Shown: in pieces, positions 1-14,050 of the stretch
Layout: the number at the start of each line of letters is the position of its first letter
How positions within the stretch are numbered: the first letter of the stretch is position 1
Assembly (NCBI GenBank): GCA_951406725.2
Contig: OX597831.1
Location: forward strand, 81,220,001-81,284,000
Source of the DNA: Octopus vulgaris
Lineage: Eukaryota
DNA: 64,000 nucleotides
Direction: 5' to 3'
The notes under the pieces: model-generated
Databases searched by the model: none
Told to the model about the DNA's origin: nothing
Seen by the model: the letters and a program-made list of their open reading frames with translations, nothing else
Position numbers and translations under genes: made by a program

Positions 1-563
1 ACTTTACATTTGACTCCATTTCAAAGCCATTATAGATAGTAACTGTGACTCTGAACAAAATCCTCCATGTATATATGTATGTATATATGTATGATGTATG
101 TATGTATGTATGTATGTATGTATGTATGCATGTGTGTGTGTGAATTTGTATGTATGCCTGCAAACGTGTGTATTGGTATGTTTATGTACATATATATGTA
201 TATGTGTATATATAAAATATTCTATAATTATATATTTATGTACATACTTATAACAAGGGGTCAGCCATATGCCTCGCCACGTACTGAATTAGAAATAGAC
301 GCTAATATCTTTTCAACTACCATAAAAATCTCCGAGACAATAAACACACTTTTTTTAAGTAGGTAAAAAGAAAACTGATGACACTACACGTCTGTTTCTA
401 ATTCAGTCCGTGGCCAGGCAATTAACTGACCCCTCATTATAATTATGTATATAAATAGAGAATTATAGAATATTTTGTATAATTTACCTAAAAAGCTTTT
501 TTTAACGTACTGACTACTCGGTAAAATTATTAATTCATTCATTCATTTTACCTCATATTATTA

Positions 564-631
<68 letters not shown>

Positions 632-632
<1 letters not shown>

Positions 633-930
633 CGGGAAGCTTTATGAAAATAAACAAAAGACGAAGGCAGGTGGAATACAAACAAATAATTGTATTAGTA
701 TGGCGCTCAAGAATATAAATAAAACAAGTCTTTTACGTTTCGAGCCTACGCTCTTCAACAGAAAGATACACAGAAAAGAAACACGGAAAGAAACAAGGAG
801 AGAAAAAAAATGCGTGCAGAATCTAGCGATTCAACATGGCGATCTGATTCTGGCCAGAAGTCAGAGATCAAACGTGAGACGCAAGAGCGAAAATAGGGGA
901 GATAACCGGGTCAAATGACTTCGCCCCAAC
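632..930 (-). mobile_element. Short non-autonomous Penelope-like (pLTR-type) repeat, family A, carrying a hammerhead-like motif
   Basis: The block aaacaaaagacgaag..caggtg..tgtattagt..aagtcttttacgtttcgagcctacgctctt recurs at 2768, 14414, 32720 and inverted at 20610 and 47095; copies usually abut (TA)n. Confidence 0.65.
728..766 (-). ncRNA. Minimal type-I hammerhead-like motif (variant core CUGUUGA)
   Basis: Minus strand reads tcttt-CTGTTGA-a-gagc gtag gctc-GAAAC-GTA-aaaga: stem I tcttt/aaaga, stem II gagc/gctc, palindromic ACGT stem III. Confidence 0.6.
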
Positions 931-1447
931 ATAAGGGTGCGTGTGTGTATGAGAGAGTATGTGGTGCGTATGAAAGGTCTGGACGTGTGTATGTATGTAT
1001 GATGTGAGATATATATATATATAAACTTTCTGAATGCTTTAAAATCTTCTCTGTTCCATTTATACCTTTTGGTTGTAATTTCGTACGTAGCGGTTTTCTT
1101 TTTGGGTTTTGTGAAATCCGGCTACACAAGATCGGTATTGGGGAGGAGTTAGTTAGATCGCCAAGTATCCCTCATCGATAATTACTGGTATCAATCAAAT
1201 GTTATAATTCGGGTGGATTATCTGCAGATTTCTTATTCGTTCTAAAGTTGTTCTTCTCTTCTTTTGCTTCGCTTATCTTTGTTCCCATGTGACCACCTCT
1301 CCTGCGTAAATGACTTCCACAACTATGGTCAGTTTACTTCGTCCCAGATCATTATGTCCGGTCACTTCTCTCTATTTTTACAAATGTCTCGACCGGAACA
1401 TTTTCCCTGTATTATTTCATATTATGATGATATTTTACACACACACT

Positions 1448-1528
<81 letters not shown>

Positions 1529-1605
1529 GTATGCATATGTGGGCGCGTATGTGCAGATATCTCTCTATATCTATATTTATATTCATAGCTACATATATAC
1601 ATTCA

Positions 1606-1648
<43 letters not shown>

Positions 1649-1698
1649 ATATATATATATATATATATAGCCAAACTATGTTTTAACTTTATTCAACT

Positions 1699-1767
<69 letters not shown>

Positions 1768-1789
1768 GTGTGTGTGTGTGTGTATGATG

Positions 1790-2085
1790 GACTCTTCCGT
1801 CGTTAGATGAGGTATGAGGGTTCGGCAGTTTCTTACCGAACAACCACACAAATGATTTGTTTATAGTGATCATATGTTTGTGTAGACATAAGCTCTCTCC
1901 CTCAACCAGATCGACATAACCTGTACAGGTGCAACTGGCTGCCACATGTCAGATGACGAAATGGTCGCAGAGCGTGAAATGAAGTGTTTTGCTCAAGAAC
2001 ACAACGCAACGCATGGTCAGGGAATCGAACCCACGATCTCGTAACCGTGAGTGCAACACCTTAACCACTGAGTCATGCACCTTCA
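1790..2085 (-). mobile_element. tRNA-derived SINE (family with gttcttgagcaaaacact head)
   Basis: A/B-box-like head on minus strand (ctcagtggttaag...gggttcgattccc); related copies at 16260-16620, 34725-34940 and 54573-54880. Confidence 0.65.
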
Positions 2086-2699
2086 CTTATGTATGTATGT
2101 ATGTATGTATGTATGTATGTATGTATGTATGTATGTATGTGTATGTATGTATGTATGTATGTATGTGTGTGTATTTGTAGTTCAATATATGAATTCATAG
2201 GATCATGTGGCTACCATAGAAAGCTGCTCTAGCGGACTCGGCTATCATACCACACAATAATCCAACATGGAGTAGTATAATCTAGAGCTCTATGCAGGTG
2301 AAACCCAAGAGATCCAGTCGATGAAATTATTCATAAGGAATATATAAGCCATAAAATTCGGGAGGTATAAAAGGTGGATATATTTATTTAATCACTTGTC
2401 GTCCTTAGGATTACAGCCATTTCCCACCCTCATTCACCTGTTAATAATTTCAGTGCATAATAAATTACGTTTACACGTCTGCACTACTATGTATGCTACG
2501 CATTATACAATACAATAGTATATTCACAAATCAATGCAAATTAAGAAAGCCAGCTCATCAGATTACCAGAAAATCGTGCTTACACCAATGCTTCGACGCT
2601 CTTTCTGAACATGTTCACCTCAAATATCTCCTAACATTTATGGTTTATAAGTATATATACATGCTTATTATACATTACGTCTAATATATTATAAATGTT

Positions 2700-2872
2700 G
2701 CATATGAGTGGATTTGGCTGACGGAAACTGAAAGAAGCGCGTCATATCTATATATATATATATATATAGTTGAAATTTACTGAAAAACAAAAGACGAAGA
2801 CAGGTGTATAAACAACAAGCAGGTGTATTAGTTTGACGTTCGAGAAAATGAAAAAGTCTTTTACCTTTCGAA

Positions 2873-2903
<31 letters not shown>

Positions 2904-3095
2904 TTGTCCCCACCCCACCCCCGCCAGCATCACTTGACAATCGATGTTGATGTGTTTACGTCTCCGTAACCGATAGAGTAAGTACTAGGATTACAAAGAA
3001 TAAGTCCTGAGGTCAATTTGTTCTAATAAAGGCAATGGTCCAGCATGGCCGCAATCAAATGACTGAAACGAATAAAAGACTTAAAGGAAAATAAG
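2700..3095 (+). mobile_element. Bipartite SINE (family B) with a family-A repeat fragment inserted in its internal (TA)n
   Basis: gagtggatttgg..acggaaactgaaagaag head end, then (TA)n, a family-A fragment 2768-2875, then the tail ending cagcatggccgcaatcaaatgactgaaac. Confidence 0.65.
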
Positions 3096-3097
3096 AG

Positions 3098-3136
<39 letters not shown>

Positions 3137-3295
3137 CCATAAGAAAATGGAAGGGATCAATAGGTGGTTCATCAACTTTTAGACATTATATTATGTCAAC
3201 TTATTTCTTTATTTACTAAACTGACCAGCAAGTATATTGGATAGGTATTATCCCTTAGTTGGTTGGATTCACAACCGCTAACTTTCTTGGAATTA

Positions 3296-3326
<31 letters not shown>

Positions 3327-3399
3327 TGTGTGTGTGTGCGTATGTGCATATTAACTTTATATATATATATATATATATACATATGTATATATATTTATG

Positions 3400-3484
<85 letters not shown>

Positions 3485-3510
3485 CTATATATCTATATAT
3501 ATTTATGTAA

Positions 3511-3604
<94 letters not shown>

Positions 3605-3605
3605 T

Positions 3606-3637
<32 letters not shown>

Positions 3638-4342
3638 TGTATGTATGTATGTATGTATGTATGTATGTATGTATGTATGTATAGCCTTATTCTGAAACAG
3701 AGAGGTTCATGAGCGATATAAATAAGAGGCGAGAGATCGTTCGAAGCTGCAGGTTCAGTGATGTGGAAAAGGAATGGAACAAATCTAGTATAAAACGTGA
3801 AATTTGAGTGTATTTCGAGCTGGAAGACAAATGGGAGAAAAAGAGAGAAAGCAGTGTAATGGAAATAAATGTGACAAAATTGTAAGGGATATGTCACCGC
3901 AGGGTAAGATATACGTCTGAGAAGTGTAAGGGATAGGAGGGAAAAGAAAGGAAAGACGAGGTGTCAATGTTTAGCAAACTGAAACGAATTAATATCTCAG
4001 AAAATTAATGTAATAATTAAGATTAATTAAAAAATATTAAAAAAAACACATCATATCTTGGGTTGAAATAATTTCTCCGCTTCGAAAAATATTGTATAGC
4101 GAAGGGAAAAATATATTTCGTTGGTGTTTGAATGGGATTTATGGAATAAGAATTGTAAAGTGTAGAGGGAAAAATTTATGGTAATATTGAAAAAAAGACC
4201 CCAAAACCGTGTGAAAAACTGTCCACATACGGCAAGTAATGTGGAATATTTATTATAATATATAAAGTTTGAGTATTTCGTTGTTGAGGCTCTTCTCAAA
4301 GGAAGGTATGCAGACTAATTCGCTATTAAATCGGATGCCACG

Positions 4343-4618
4343 GCACCCGAGGTATACAGCCCACAACTAAAGTATAAGGCTATTATCAATGGCCCACCTC
4401 TCGTACCCAAAACACAATACATGTACCTAAGCTACACTGCCTTATCCACAGCATATCTCCTATCCCAACTTCACTGTATGTACCCAGAGTACACTGCCCT
4501 TAGCCGGGGATCATTGCCCCTACTTAGACTACTCTGCGTGTACCCAGAGTACATTGCATGCACCCAGGGCACGTTGCTGGTACCCAGAATAAACTGCGTA
4601 TGCCCAAGGCATTCTGGA
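4343..4618 (+). repeat. Diverged ~20-bp minisatellite (consensus about gtacccagagtacactgcct)
   Basis: Roughly 12-14 degenerate units, e.g. gtacctaagctacactgcct, gtacccagagtacactgccc, gtacccagagtacattgcat, gtacccagaataaactgcgt. Confidence 0.65.
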
Positions 4619-4630
4619 ACTTGCATATTA

Positions 4631-5196
4631 TTGGGTTGTCCGGAAAGTTCGTGCCGATTTATAGTAGCTTACCTTTCGACCTATTTTAGAACGTGGTTGA
4701 GTCCATAAAATAGAATTTGACTACAGCTACATTTAGAGCACAGTTTAAGCTATCTTTTCGTGGAAGAAGGTTTATGTTCCTATAACCTGTGTTTATTCTG
4801 TAACCCTTTAAAATGGAAGATAAGAAAGTTCATTCTCGGCACTTGATGCTTTGGGAACCAGACAAAAATTGCTGCAGCTCGGCTGGGATGTGTTACCCCA
4901 CCCTCCATATTCACCAGATATTGCTCCTTCGGATTTCCACTAATTCAGGTCTCTGCAGAATAGTCTTAATGGTAAAAATTTCAATTCCTTGGATGATGTA
5001 AAAAGATATCTTGATGAATTCTTTGCCATGAAACCACCTCAATTCTGGGAAGAGGGTATTTTCAAGTTAAAGGAAAGATGGAGACGCATAGTGCAACAAA
5101 ATGGTTCATATTTGGTTGATTAAAAATGTAATGGCAAGTATTTATTGATCTTTTTCTTTCCTTTAAAAATCGGCACGAACTTTCCAGACAACCCAA
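4631..5196 (+). mobile_element. Internally deleted mariner transposon
   Basis: ~30-bp TIRs ttgggttgtccggaaagttcgtgccgattt / aaatcggcacgaactttccagacaacccaa with TA TSD; N-terminus MEDKKVHSRHLMLWE fused to C-terminal WDVLPHPPYSPDIAPSDFH...FRSLQN...WRRIVQQNGSYLVD. Confidence 0.93.
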
Positions 5197-5965
5197 TATA
5201 TATTTAGAAGGACAGAAAGATTGAAATACATCAAAATCCAGAAAGAAAAATGAAACGCAATATATAAATATGACAGAAAAACATAAGAGCAAGCTATAGA
5301 GATACATAGAGAAAAAGATAGAAATATTTATAGAAATCGATATTGAAATATATAGAAGCATATAGAACGATATAGAAACATATAGAAACATATATAGAAA
5401 TCTAAATTGAAATATACAGAAACATGTATTAATATAAATACGTAGAAGATATAACAGGATATAAAAAGGAAAGCAACAAAATCTTGACACAAAAGAACAA
5501 AATCTTAGCATAAAGTCACAGAAACAGACGTATATTGATATATACTAACATAAACATATATTCATATAACAGAATCGTAACATAAACATATAAAAATGCG
5601 AAAAACACTTCATAAACAAAATCTAAAAAGGGAAAAAAAACATGGCGAATGGAAGAATGAACAATTAGAAAGATACTACATTCATACAAACATCCATACA
5701 AACATATATACGTATGTACATACATTATATATATGATCATATATACATATATATATATGATCATATATACATATATGTATATATGCATATATATATATAT
5801 ATGTATGATTGCACACACACACACACACACACAAAATAACATGTAGTTATTCCTGTTGTAAACATCGTTAACAGCTCCAAGAGTTAAACGTTTCTGTCCG
5901 AATATCAGATACCACGAGTAAAGGGCTGACTGCTTGGTAACGCCCTGTATCCTCTCTTTCTTACC

Positions 5966-6003
<38 letters not shown>

Positions 6004-6819
6004 CCACCTCCTCATCTCCCATTCTCTCTCTTTTAGCTTTACTCATGAAGACTAACCAAGGAAAAGGTTTGTTAATCACCATATCCTAGCATCATTAAAA
6101 CTTTCAAACACGACTCTCAGTAATACAGGACACCATTTTGTTCTCAGCTGCTTCTTGCTTTTTATGTTTCTGAAACGAATCATCACGTACGGGTGGTGGT
6201 GGTGGTGGTGGTGGTGATATCGGGGTACTTCAGCTGACACCCTTTACGTTAAAGGGGTATTATAACTCTGCTATAATAATGACTCCATCGGAACGCAGGT
6301 ATAGAATATTAGAGGAGGGATGTTGTGATGGAATTTGAACGAGAGTAGAACATTACATGCATTTATTTTATCGATCTGTGGTGTATGAAATATGAAACTC
6401 TCATCGACAGGTTTTGAGCTGAGAACGCATGGAAGTGCCGCAGCAGAGGTAGTTCGGTGCTCTGCCAATTCTTACACCAAAACAACAACAACAACAATAG
6501 CAGCAACGTGATAGCTTTAATCCCCATCAAGTCTACCTCTCTGGTCATTATACTAAATAATGGTTATAACGCATGGAGAAGAATTCTATGTGGTCGCTCA
6601 TTCTTCTAGAAACAATAGGGAAATATCCTTCAAATCAAATCCGGCCGTTTTTAATAGGATACGTTGAATAAAATGGTCCTGGCCTTCTTGATCGTTGGCA
6701 ACAGATTGGATGGTTATAAATGGATTGTCTTTGGTCATAGGACTGCTTAAGCAGAGTTGCTCTGTGACAAAGTAACAACTTTAGCAACAACAATCAACAC
6801 AATAACAACGATAGTAACA

Positions 6820-7200
6820 ATCCTTTCTCCCCCTAGGTCCAAGGTTTGAAATTCGTGGAGAAGGGGATGATCTATTACATGGACCCCAGTGTACAACTGG
6901 TACCTATTTTTACCGACTCCGAAACGAAAAGGGGACTTCCTCGGAATTTGAACTCAGAACGTAAAGGCAGACGAAATACCTATTTCTTTACTACCCACAA
7001 GGGGCTAAACATAGAGTGGACAAACAAGGATAGACATGGGTATTAAGTCGATTACATCGACCCCAGTGCGTAACTGGTACTTAATTTATCGACCCCCGAA
7101 AGAATGAAAGGTAAAGTCGACCTCGGCGGAATTTGAACTCAGGACGCAACGGCAGACGAAATACCGCTAAGTATTCCGCCCAGCACGCTAACCATTCTGC
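6820..7200 (-). mobile_element. Tandem/nested pair of tRNA-derived SINEs (family C)
   Basis: Two copies of the gttcaaattccg..gtcgactttrcctttcat..ggggtcgat core; junction aaagaaata|ggtatttcgtctgcc at about 6980. Confidence 0.8.
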
Positions 7201-7749
7201 TAACAGAAGTAGCAACAGCAACAGGCAAGAAAGACAAAGAGGATATGAGACTTTATGAAAATGTCTAAGCAAACTGTACCAAATTTCAATCAAAAATTAA
7301 AAAGAAAGATAAAATTTATGCAATACAGTTCAGAAGAGAAAAACGAAACAAATTAGCAGTGGGAGGGGGGAGGGGAGAAAGGATAAGACCAAATGAAGAG
7401 GAAACAGTTTGCAAGCATTTGGATTAAAAGGTCATTAGAATCTGCTGCGTGAAATAGAAATATTTTTTATTGTTTGGTGTATTCTGACCACTGGTCAGTT
7501 TATATTTGCAAAAAGGTGAAGAAGAATCTTATTTTAGAAACAGATTTATGTGGAATGCAATGGACGATCAGTCGTACATTTAGGACTAAAGATTTAGGAC
7601 TAAAGATCTATAAAAGATGTGTTGTGGCATAATATTGTTAACGGTGAGATGAGAGGGTTTGTGGTGGGTGTGTGAGCTTGGGGTTCTAAATCAATCAGGT
7701 TATTTTAAGGGTGGTGGGTCACTATCAAATGATATTATTGTCTATGTAT

Positions 7750-8098
7750 CTTTTATCTTTTACTTGTTTCAGCCATGCTGGGGCAGCGCCTTGAATAATT
7801 TTTAGTCAAATCAATTGACCCCAGGACTTTTTTTAAATCTGGTATTTATTCTCTCGGTCACTTTTGCCGAACCGCTAAGTTGCAGGTACATAAATACACC
7901 AACATCGGTGGGATGAGGGGACAAACACATACACCATAGACATAGATACACACACACATACGATAAGCATATTTTAGTTTACGTCAACCAGATCCGAGAT
8001 AGTAGGTGACACTTGCCCAAGCTAGCAGACAGTGGGACTGAACCCAGGACTATGTGGCTGGGAAGCAAGCTTCTTACCACACAGCCACGCCTGCACCT
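7750..8098 (-). mobile_element. Bipartite SINE family B
   Basis: Head ggcgtggctgtgtggtaagaagcttgcttccc..gggttcagtcccact on minus strand, internal microsatellite, tail ending ggctgaaacaagtaaaaga. Confidence 0.8.
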
Positions 8099-8164
8099 AT
8101 ATGATTAGTTCATAAATATAATTTACATAATTAGTTCTAGTGGTGTAGATTCGCAAGATGATAG

Positions 8165-8196
<32 letters not shown>

Positions 8197-8707
8197 GGTG
8201 TGATGTTATGAAAGCAAAAACACCACAAACGACAAGAACATTATCCTCATCAACAGCAACAGAAACAGTAACAATGCGAGCAGCAGAATTTGGACCTGGA
8301 GATCTCCATTTCCAGCGACATCGAGGGCCACTTCCCAGTGGTGTCGGGCGTCAACGAAGAGCCCTCGACTACAAGACGACCAAAGTCTTTTTTTTTGCCA
8401 AGGTCTGGGGTCTCCCGCCCCTAAGCCCTAGACCATCACCTACTTACCCGTACTCGTCTCATTGCTTAACAACAACAACAACAACAACAGCAGTGACAAA
8501 GAAAGCAAGAACAACAACAACAACAACAACGGCGGCAGCAACAACATCAGCACCAGCAATATTAATAGCAATTATGACTGAAAAGGAACAATAACATCAA
8601 CAACAACAAAAAATCAAAATCCTCGAATGTAACCTAAACCCCACCCCCCAAATAAAAAAAATCAAGGCGGCAACATCATCATCATCATCGTCAACATCAA
8701 CAGCAAA

Positions 8708-8782
<75 letters not shown>
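8708..8782. repeat. (TAC)n microsatellite
   Basis: Perfect trinucleotide run. Confidence 0.95.
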
Positions 8783-9519
8783 GTGTCTTGAAGACGATAA
8801 CGAAGCTCTTTAAAAGCATTGACACTGATTTCGGATTTCAGCACATTTGACAGAATTGAATGTAAACAAACGGTCGTTTATGTATCGTCCGTGCTGTTTT
8901 TAGTAGGGAGATACACACACACACACACAGACGCACACACACGCACACACACAAACACACACACACACACTAACACACACTCGCGCGCGCACATATATGT
9001 ATATTTGTATATGTACGTGTGTGTTTGTAATGGAGATGTATGTGTGTGATGCGTGATGTGCGTGAGAGCAGTATGATGTGTGATGTGTGTGTGTGTGTGT
9101 GATGTGTGATGTGTGTGTGTGTGTGAGTATGTGTTTGATAATTGATGTGAGCCTGTGTGTGTGTGAGGGGCGTGTGGTGTCAGTTACAAAATGACGAAGG
9201 TGTAAAGATATCCTACGTCAGAGAAGAGACATTACTTCACCAAGACACACTCCACTAGTGTTTCATTAGACTCTGCTTAATACTTTCAATTGTTGTTGCC
9301 TTTACGACACCTTCTCTCTGTCAATATGTCTGTCTGTTTGTCTCTCAAGCGGATTCTCTTTCTCTCCCCTTTGAAAACATACTCTTAGGCACACACACAG
9401 GTACACACACACGCACGCACACACATAAATACACGTATAACGAGGCATTAAACACACGCTATTACACACAACGAGGCAATAAAACGGAGCCGATACCAAG
9501 AAAGAAAAACTTAGCAACA

Positions 9520-9765
9520 CCATTCGGCCATTGTTCTAATAAATAAGAGGAAAAGAAATGTATGATATAATCCACCATTCGACATTGTGATGAAAAAGGA
9601 AATAATGTTACAAGATGTCTCCTCTTGCTGATCAGAAAGCATTTCCCGAATTGCCACAAATTGCACAAACTGTTCGACAAAAGTAATTTTAAGGTAAGCT
9701 ACAGCTCCACGAAAAAATAGGTTTGATGACATTAAGAGTCACAATACAAACATTTTGAAGCGAAA
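9520..9765 (+). pseudogene. Penelope-like retroelement ORF remnant (RT-endonuclease linker)
   Basis: Translates, with breaks, to KRKRNV*YNPPF...LLLIRKHFPNCHKLHKLFDKSNFKVSYSSTKN..IKSHNTNIL, matching the Penelope linker pattern RNIIWFNPPF...KHFP..HKLHKIFNRNTVKVSYS. Confidence 0.75.
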
Positions 9766-10849
9766 AATATTTCGAGGACACCCAGCATGTACTCTATACG
9801 ATAAGCCATTTTATGTCAAAGTGCATGGAGTGTTTCTCTAGCAAACAAGGTATAACCATCTGCTCTTCCACTGATTGTGACATGGTACAGATCAACAATG
9901 GCAGTTAGTTTGACATAGAAAACTTCGAAAGAGTTAAATAGTGTAACATAGAAGAGTCTGCTAAGATAGCGTGACATAAAGCTCAGGGAATTTAGTTACA
10001 ATGGCATCGAAGAGTTGGATAAGAGAGTTTCATATGGTTCACATAAGAGAAGTTGATAAAGTCAGTCTTAAATTATCAGGATTCCAAATTTGTCTCCCTT
10101 GTCTTTCTTGGCAATAATTAATCATCAAAGTTCATATTTTATAAGTTATCTCGTTTTCACTGATATGCAGGGAGCCTGGGGAGACACTCTCAATAACGCC
10201 CGAGATTCGAGATTGATTTAGTAGCGTTCTGGGAAGACAGTGGGATGTTTTGGGACATAATATTCAAGGGTGACGTTGAAGAATCTTTGGGGGATAACTA
10301 TACATTTAATAGTAGGGGCAGTCATGGCTGGTTTGCTGAGGGAATAAACGATGCACTTGGCACATCTTAGCGAGCTTTGATTTTTAATATTTTTGGCTCC
10401 GTGTATAAATAGTTTGTAAGAAACAGTTGAGGCGCTTCTGTGTTCTTCACTGATTTTAAGGAGCCTGGATAGACTGGGCGATGGGTCTCATAGAAGAAGT
10501 AGGAATAGCTTTTGGAATGACAAAGGAGGGGAGCTGGTGGTAGAAGATGAACATATATGGTTATAATTATTAAGTTTTATAAAGGACGAGTTGCTTACAA
10601 GCTTCCGAAATTTCTAGATTATTGTCCAGATGTTTGGTAAGTTAAACAAGTTTACCAACGGCTACAACAGGTACGGGCAAGAATTTGCAATAAAGGTAAA
10701 GCAATTGGCCAGGAAGCTGTTTTTTATCGGTGACAATTTTATCTCAACGGTGGCTAACTACTATATGACATTATGCGTACGTGTATGTGTGTGTAGTGTG
10801 CGCGCGTGTGTATCTGTCTGTCTATCGCGAGTGTCGCGTTGCTCTCAAG

Positions 10850-11882
10850 CAACTATGCCGTCCCGGGTCGACCTTGAGCAACTTCAACACAACCCAAGCA
10901 TTCTATAGGGGATTAGTGGAGGGGAGGTACAACGACGAGCTCGTAGCGAACCTGGACGTCGACGAGGAATACCTGACCCGCCTTTTTGAGTCGACTTTCG
11001 AGCCGGGACCTATGGACAACTTCCAGAGATCCCTGGCCTGGCAGTGCTACCGAGAAGCGCTACCCGTTCGGGATAAGCTCTACAGACACGGCTCGAGAAA
11101 CACGGGGCCGACCTGCCCGAGATGCGGTCAGAGCGACGAAACCGTTCTGCATGCAGTCGTGCAGTGTCTAACAATTTCCGGCCTGAGGGCTTATATCGAA
11201 CGACTGCTGTCACGTGTGGGACGAGTCGGTTTATCAGCCGAGTCTATCGACAATATTGTCACGCCTCCTTCCTTCAAACGGGAAGGAAGAGCTATTTTCA
11301 TCATCCTTGTGGCTATGGCGAAAGAATGTATCTGGTGGACGCGTCTGAAAGGATTGGAGACAAACACTTTCCTCTCTGGTCAATCTCTCATCAACTTTTT
11401 CAAGTACCACTTGAAAAGGAAAGTGAGAGTAGAGAGGCAAGTTTTGTCTAGCGAATGTTTCAAAAAAAGATGGGTGAATGTAGCAAGGATGGCACGTATG
11501 AATGACGAAGCCACCTTGAGCATAATCCTATGAACCCGGAATTTAAAACAGAGGGTTACCTACTTGCAAACAAATGTAGTAACATGTCGCAATATTGACC
11601 GAGGATACCATGGTCTTTTCCGTAGGCTTTTCTTCCCACGGATAAACCTTATCTGCTTCCCCCTTTACACTTTACATCATAACACTGTGATACACGATCC
11701 CTATTGATCGTTTTGCTTCTTTTGTTTCTTTTCCTTTTTTTCCCTTTTTGTTTCTTCTCTCCCTTTTACGATCCCTTTTGATCGAAAACCTACCCCACCT
11801 TTTTTTAACCCCAAAAAAGAAAAGCTCTACTTTGTAATCTGTCCCGTCTGTGTGCAGCCCTGTGTGGCTAATAAAGAAACAT
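10850..11882 (+). mobile_element. 5'-truncated Tx1/L1-clade LINE: ORF2 C-terminus with CCHC finger plus 3' UTR
   Basis: ORF 10781-11533 contains LAWQCYREALPVRDKL...CPRCGQSDETVLHAVVQC...AKECIWWTR; pyrimidine-rich UTR, aataaa near 11870, then (tctg/tcta)n. Confidence 0.9.
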
Positions 11883-12213
11883 ATCAATCTGTTTATCTGT
11901 CTGTCTTTCTGTCTAGCTATTTGTCTGTCTGTCTGTCTGGTTATCTATCTAGCTATCTGTCTGTCTGTCTGTATGTCTGTCTGTCTATCTATCTATCCAT
12001 CTCCATCTATCTATCTGTGTGTTTCTGCCTGTATATATTTTATATATCTGTAAAATACCAAACATTCGATGCTTCAAAAGTTTGTGTATATATATATATA
12101 TGCATGTATGTGTGTATATATATATATATATTTACATACATACATGTACGTATATATATATATATATATATGTATATTTACATACATACATACACACATA
12201 CATATATATACAT

Positions 12214-12249
<36 letters not shown>

Positions 12250-12875
12250 CCTTCATTGTATCCTCTTCCCAGACTGTTTAACCACTCCCACTCTCATTCT
12301 CTCTTACTCCGTAACTATTTACCTTCTCTGATTCTACCACCAGCACCAGCAGCAGCATCACCACCAGCATCACCACCAGCATCACCACCAACATCACCAC
12401 CACCACCACCACCACCACCACCATCTCCAGTACTACAACCTCTGTACCTTTTTAACCCTCTTATCCCCTCCCTTAATCCTCACACATTTTAGCTGTCAAT
12501 TGACTCGCTGTAATCCCCTCCTCCTCCTTCACTCCATCTTGACCCCTATCCCTGCTGAAGCTGTAGCTCTGCCTTAGCCCGAGGTGTGAAACGCAAACAC
12601 AGCACAAGCTACCATTATATTTACTGAGGGGCGTTTCTCTTTGCATAGGATACAAGTCGTACCAATTCTATTGAAGAAACAGGAACGTTTAAGTAAAAAA
12701 AAGAAAAACCCACCAATGACTGTCGTATCTTGCAACAAACCACTTGGGTACTTAAACGCACAGCTATCATATCACAAGGCCACAAGAAGGGGACGTTTGT
12801 AATATACATACATACATTCATACATGCACACATACATACCTACGTATGTACTTACGAAGGTTTGTATGTATGTAC

Positions 12876-13042
12876 GTACGTTCTGAGTTCAAATTCTGCC
12901 GAGGTCGACTTTGCCTTTCATCCTTTCGGGGTCGATTAAATAAGTACCAGTTACGCACTGGGGTCGATATAATCGACTTAATCCCTTTGTCTGTCCTTGT
13001 TTGTCCACTCTATGTTTAGCCCCTTGTGGGCAATAAAGAAAT
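12876..13042 (+). mobile_element. 5'-truncated SINE family C
   Basis: gttctgagttcaaattctgccgaggtcgactttgcctttcatcctttcggggtcg...agccccttgtgggcaataaagaaa. Confidence 0.85.
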
Positions 13043-13047
13043 ATATA

Positions 13048-13083
<36 letters not shown>

Positions 13084-13269
13084 TGTATGTATGTATGTAT
13101 GTATGTATGTATGTATGTATGTATGTATGCATGCATGTATGTATTTATGTATGTATGTATGTATGTATGTATGAATGTATGAATGTATGTATGTATGTAT
13201 GTATGAATGTATGTATGTATATATGTATGTATGTATGAATGTATGTATGTATGTATGTATTGTATGTAT

Positions 13270-14050
13270 GTGTGGGCTTAAAAATACCAACTGACACAAA
13301 CCTTAGTAGCATTTACTTTTTAGACATTAACCTAGATTTTGGATCAGATAGTTTTAAGCCCTTTAGCATACTTAATGAATGTCTATTCTATATTGATAAA
13401 GTGTCTGATCGTCCATCCGTTATTCTTAGAAATATGGTAAAGAATATAGGAAAGCGCATTTTATAATTGTTATCATTGTCGCGATGCCTTCCCGTATTAT
13501 TATAATGCTTTGCTTAATACTGGGTTCTCAGAGAAAACCTACTCTATTGATAACGGAAGTAACCATTGTAGAGCGTGTAGAACTAGAACTAGAAAAGCTT
13601 TGTGGCATAATCCTACATGTGATATTACCGTTAGAACCAATGTAGGTAGAGAATTTTTAAATCCTTCCCAATCGGTCATAAATATCATAGCATTTTCAAT
13701 AGAAGAACGTTAAATGTTAGCTATTCTTGATGCAAACCTTCGCCTCATTTATCAATCAACAGAATGCAACCATTCTTAACAAAACTAACGAGACTATATT
13801 CGCATAGGAATTCTTTAAGTATACAGAAAACAGCTCTGCGACGAGCTTGGTCAAATACATATGGCAGTTAAAAGAAGCAGGAACTTCCTCATTTAAATTT
13901 CGTGGCTCGTTTTGGAGAAGGCTACCCCATGCAATCACGGATCATATAGAAACTGAAGGAGATGTCCATTATGTCGGGATAAACATGCATTAAACCGCAA
14001 AATATGCTTCGAGGTAGCGTATGTGCTGCCAGATGAATCCCTATGGATCA
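13270..14050 (+). pseudogene. Degenerate Penelope-like element (RT thumb, linker, endonuclease region)
   Basis: GLKI..YFLDINLD..FKPF...RTRKALWHNP..VRTNVGREFL..FPIGHKYHSIFNRRTLNVSYS...TSLVKYIWQLKE..RCPLC; multiple stops and frameshifts. Confidence 0.8.

Noticed and set aside
8290-8430. GC-rich segment as a host exon (ORF 8208-8594)
   Set aside because: The ORF is mostly simple repeats; the core (DLEISISSDIEGHFPVV..) faintly resembles a LINE endonuclease fragment but too weakly to annotate
9780-10750. Possible further retroelement coding remnant
   Set aside because: No convincing motif in any frame I could read; part of it is a degenerate gtgacatagaagagt-like repeat
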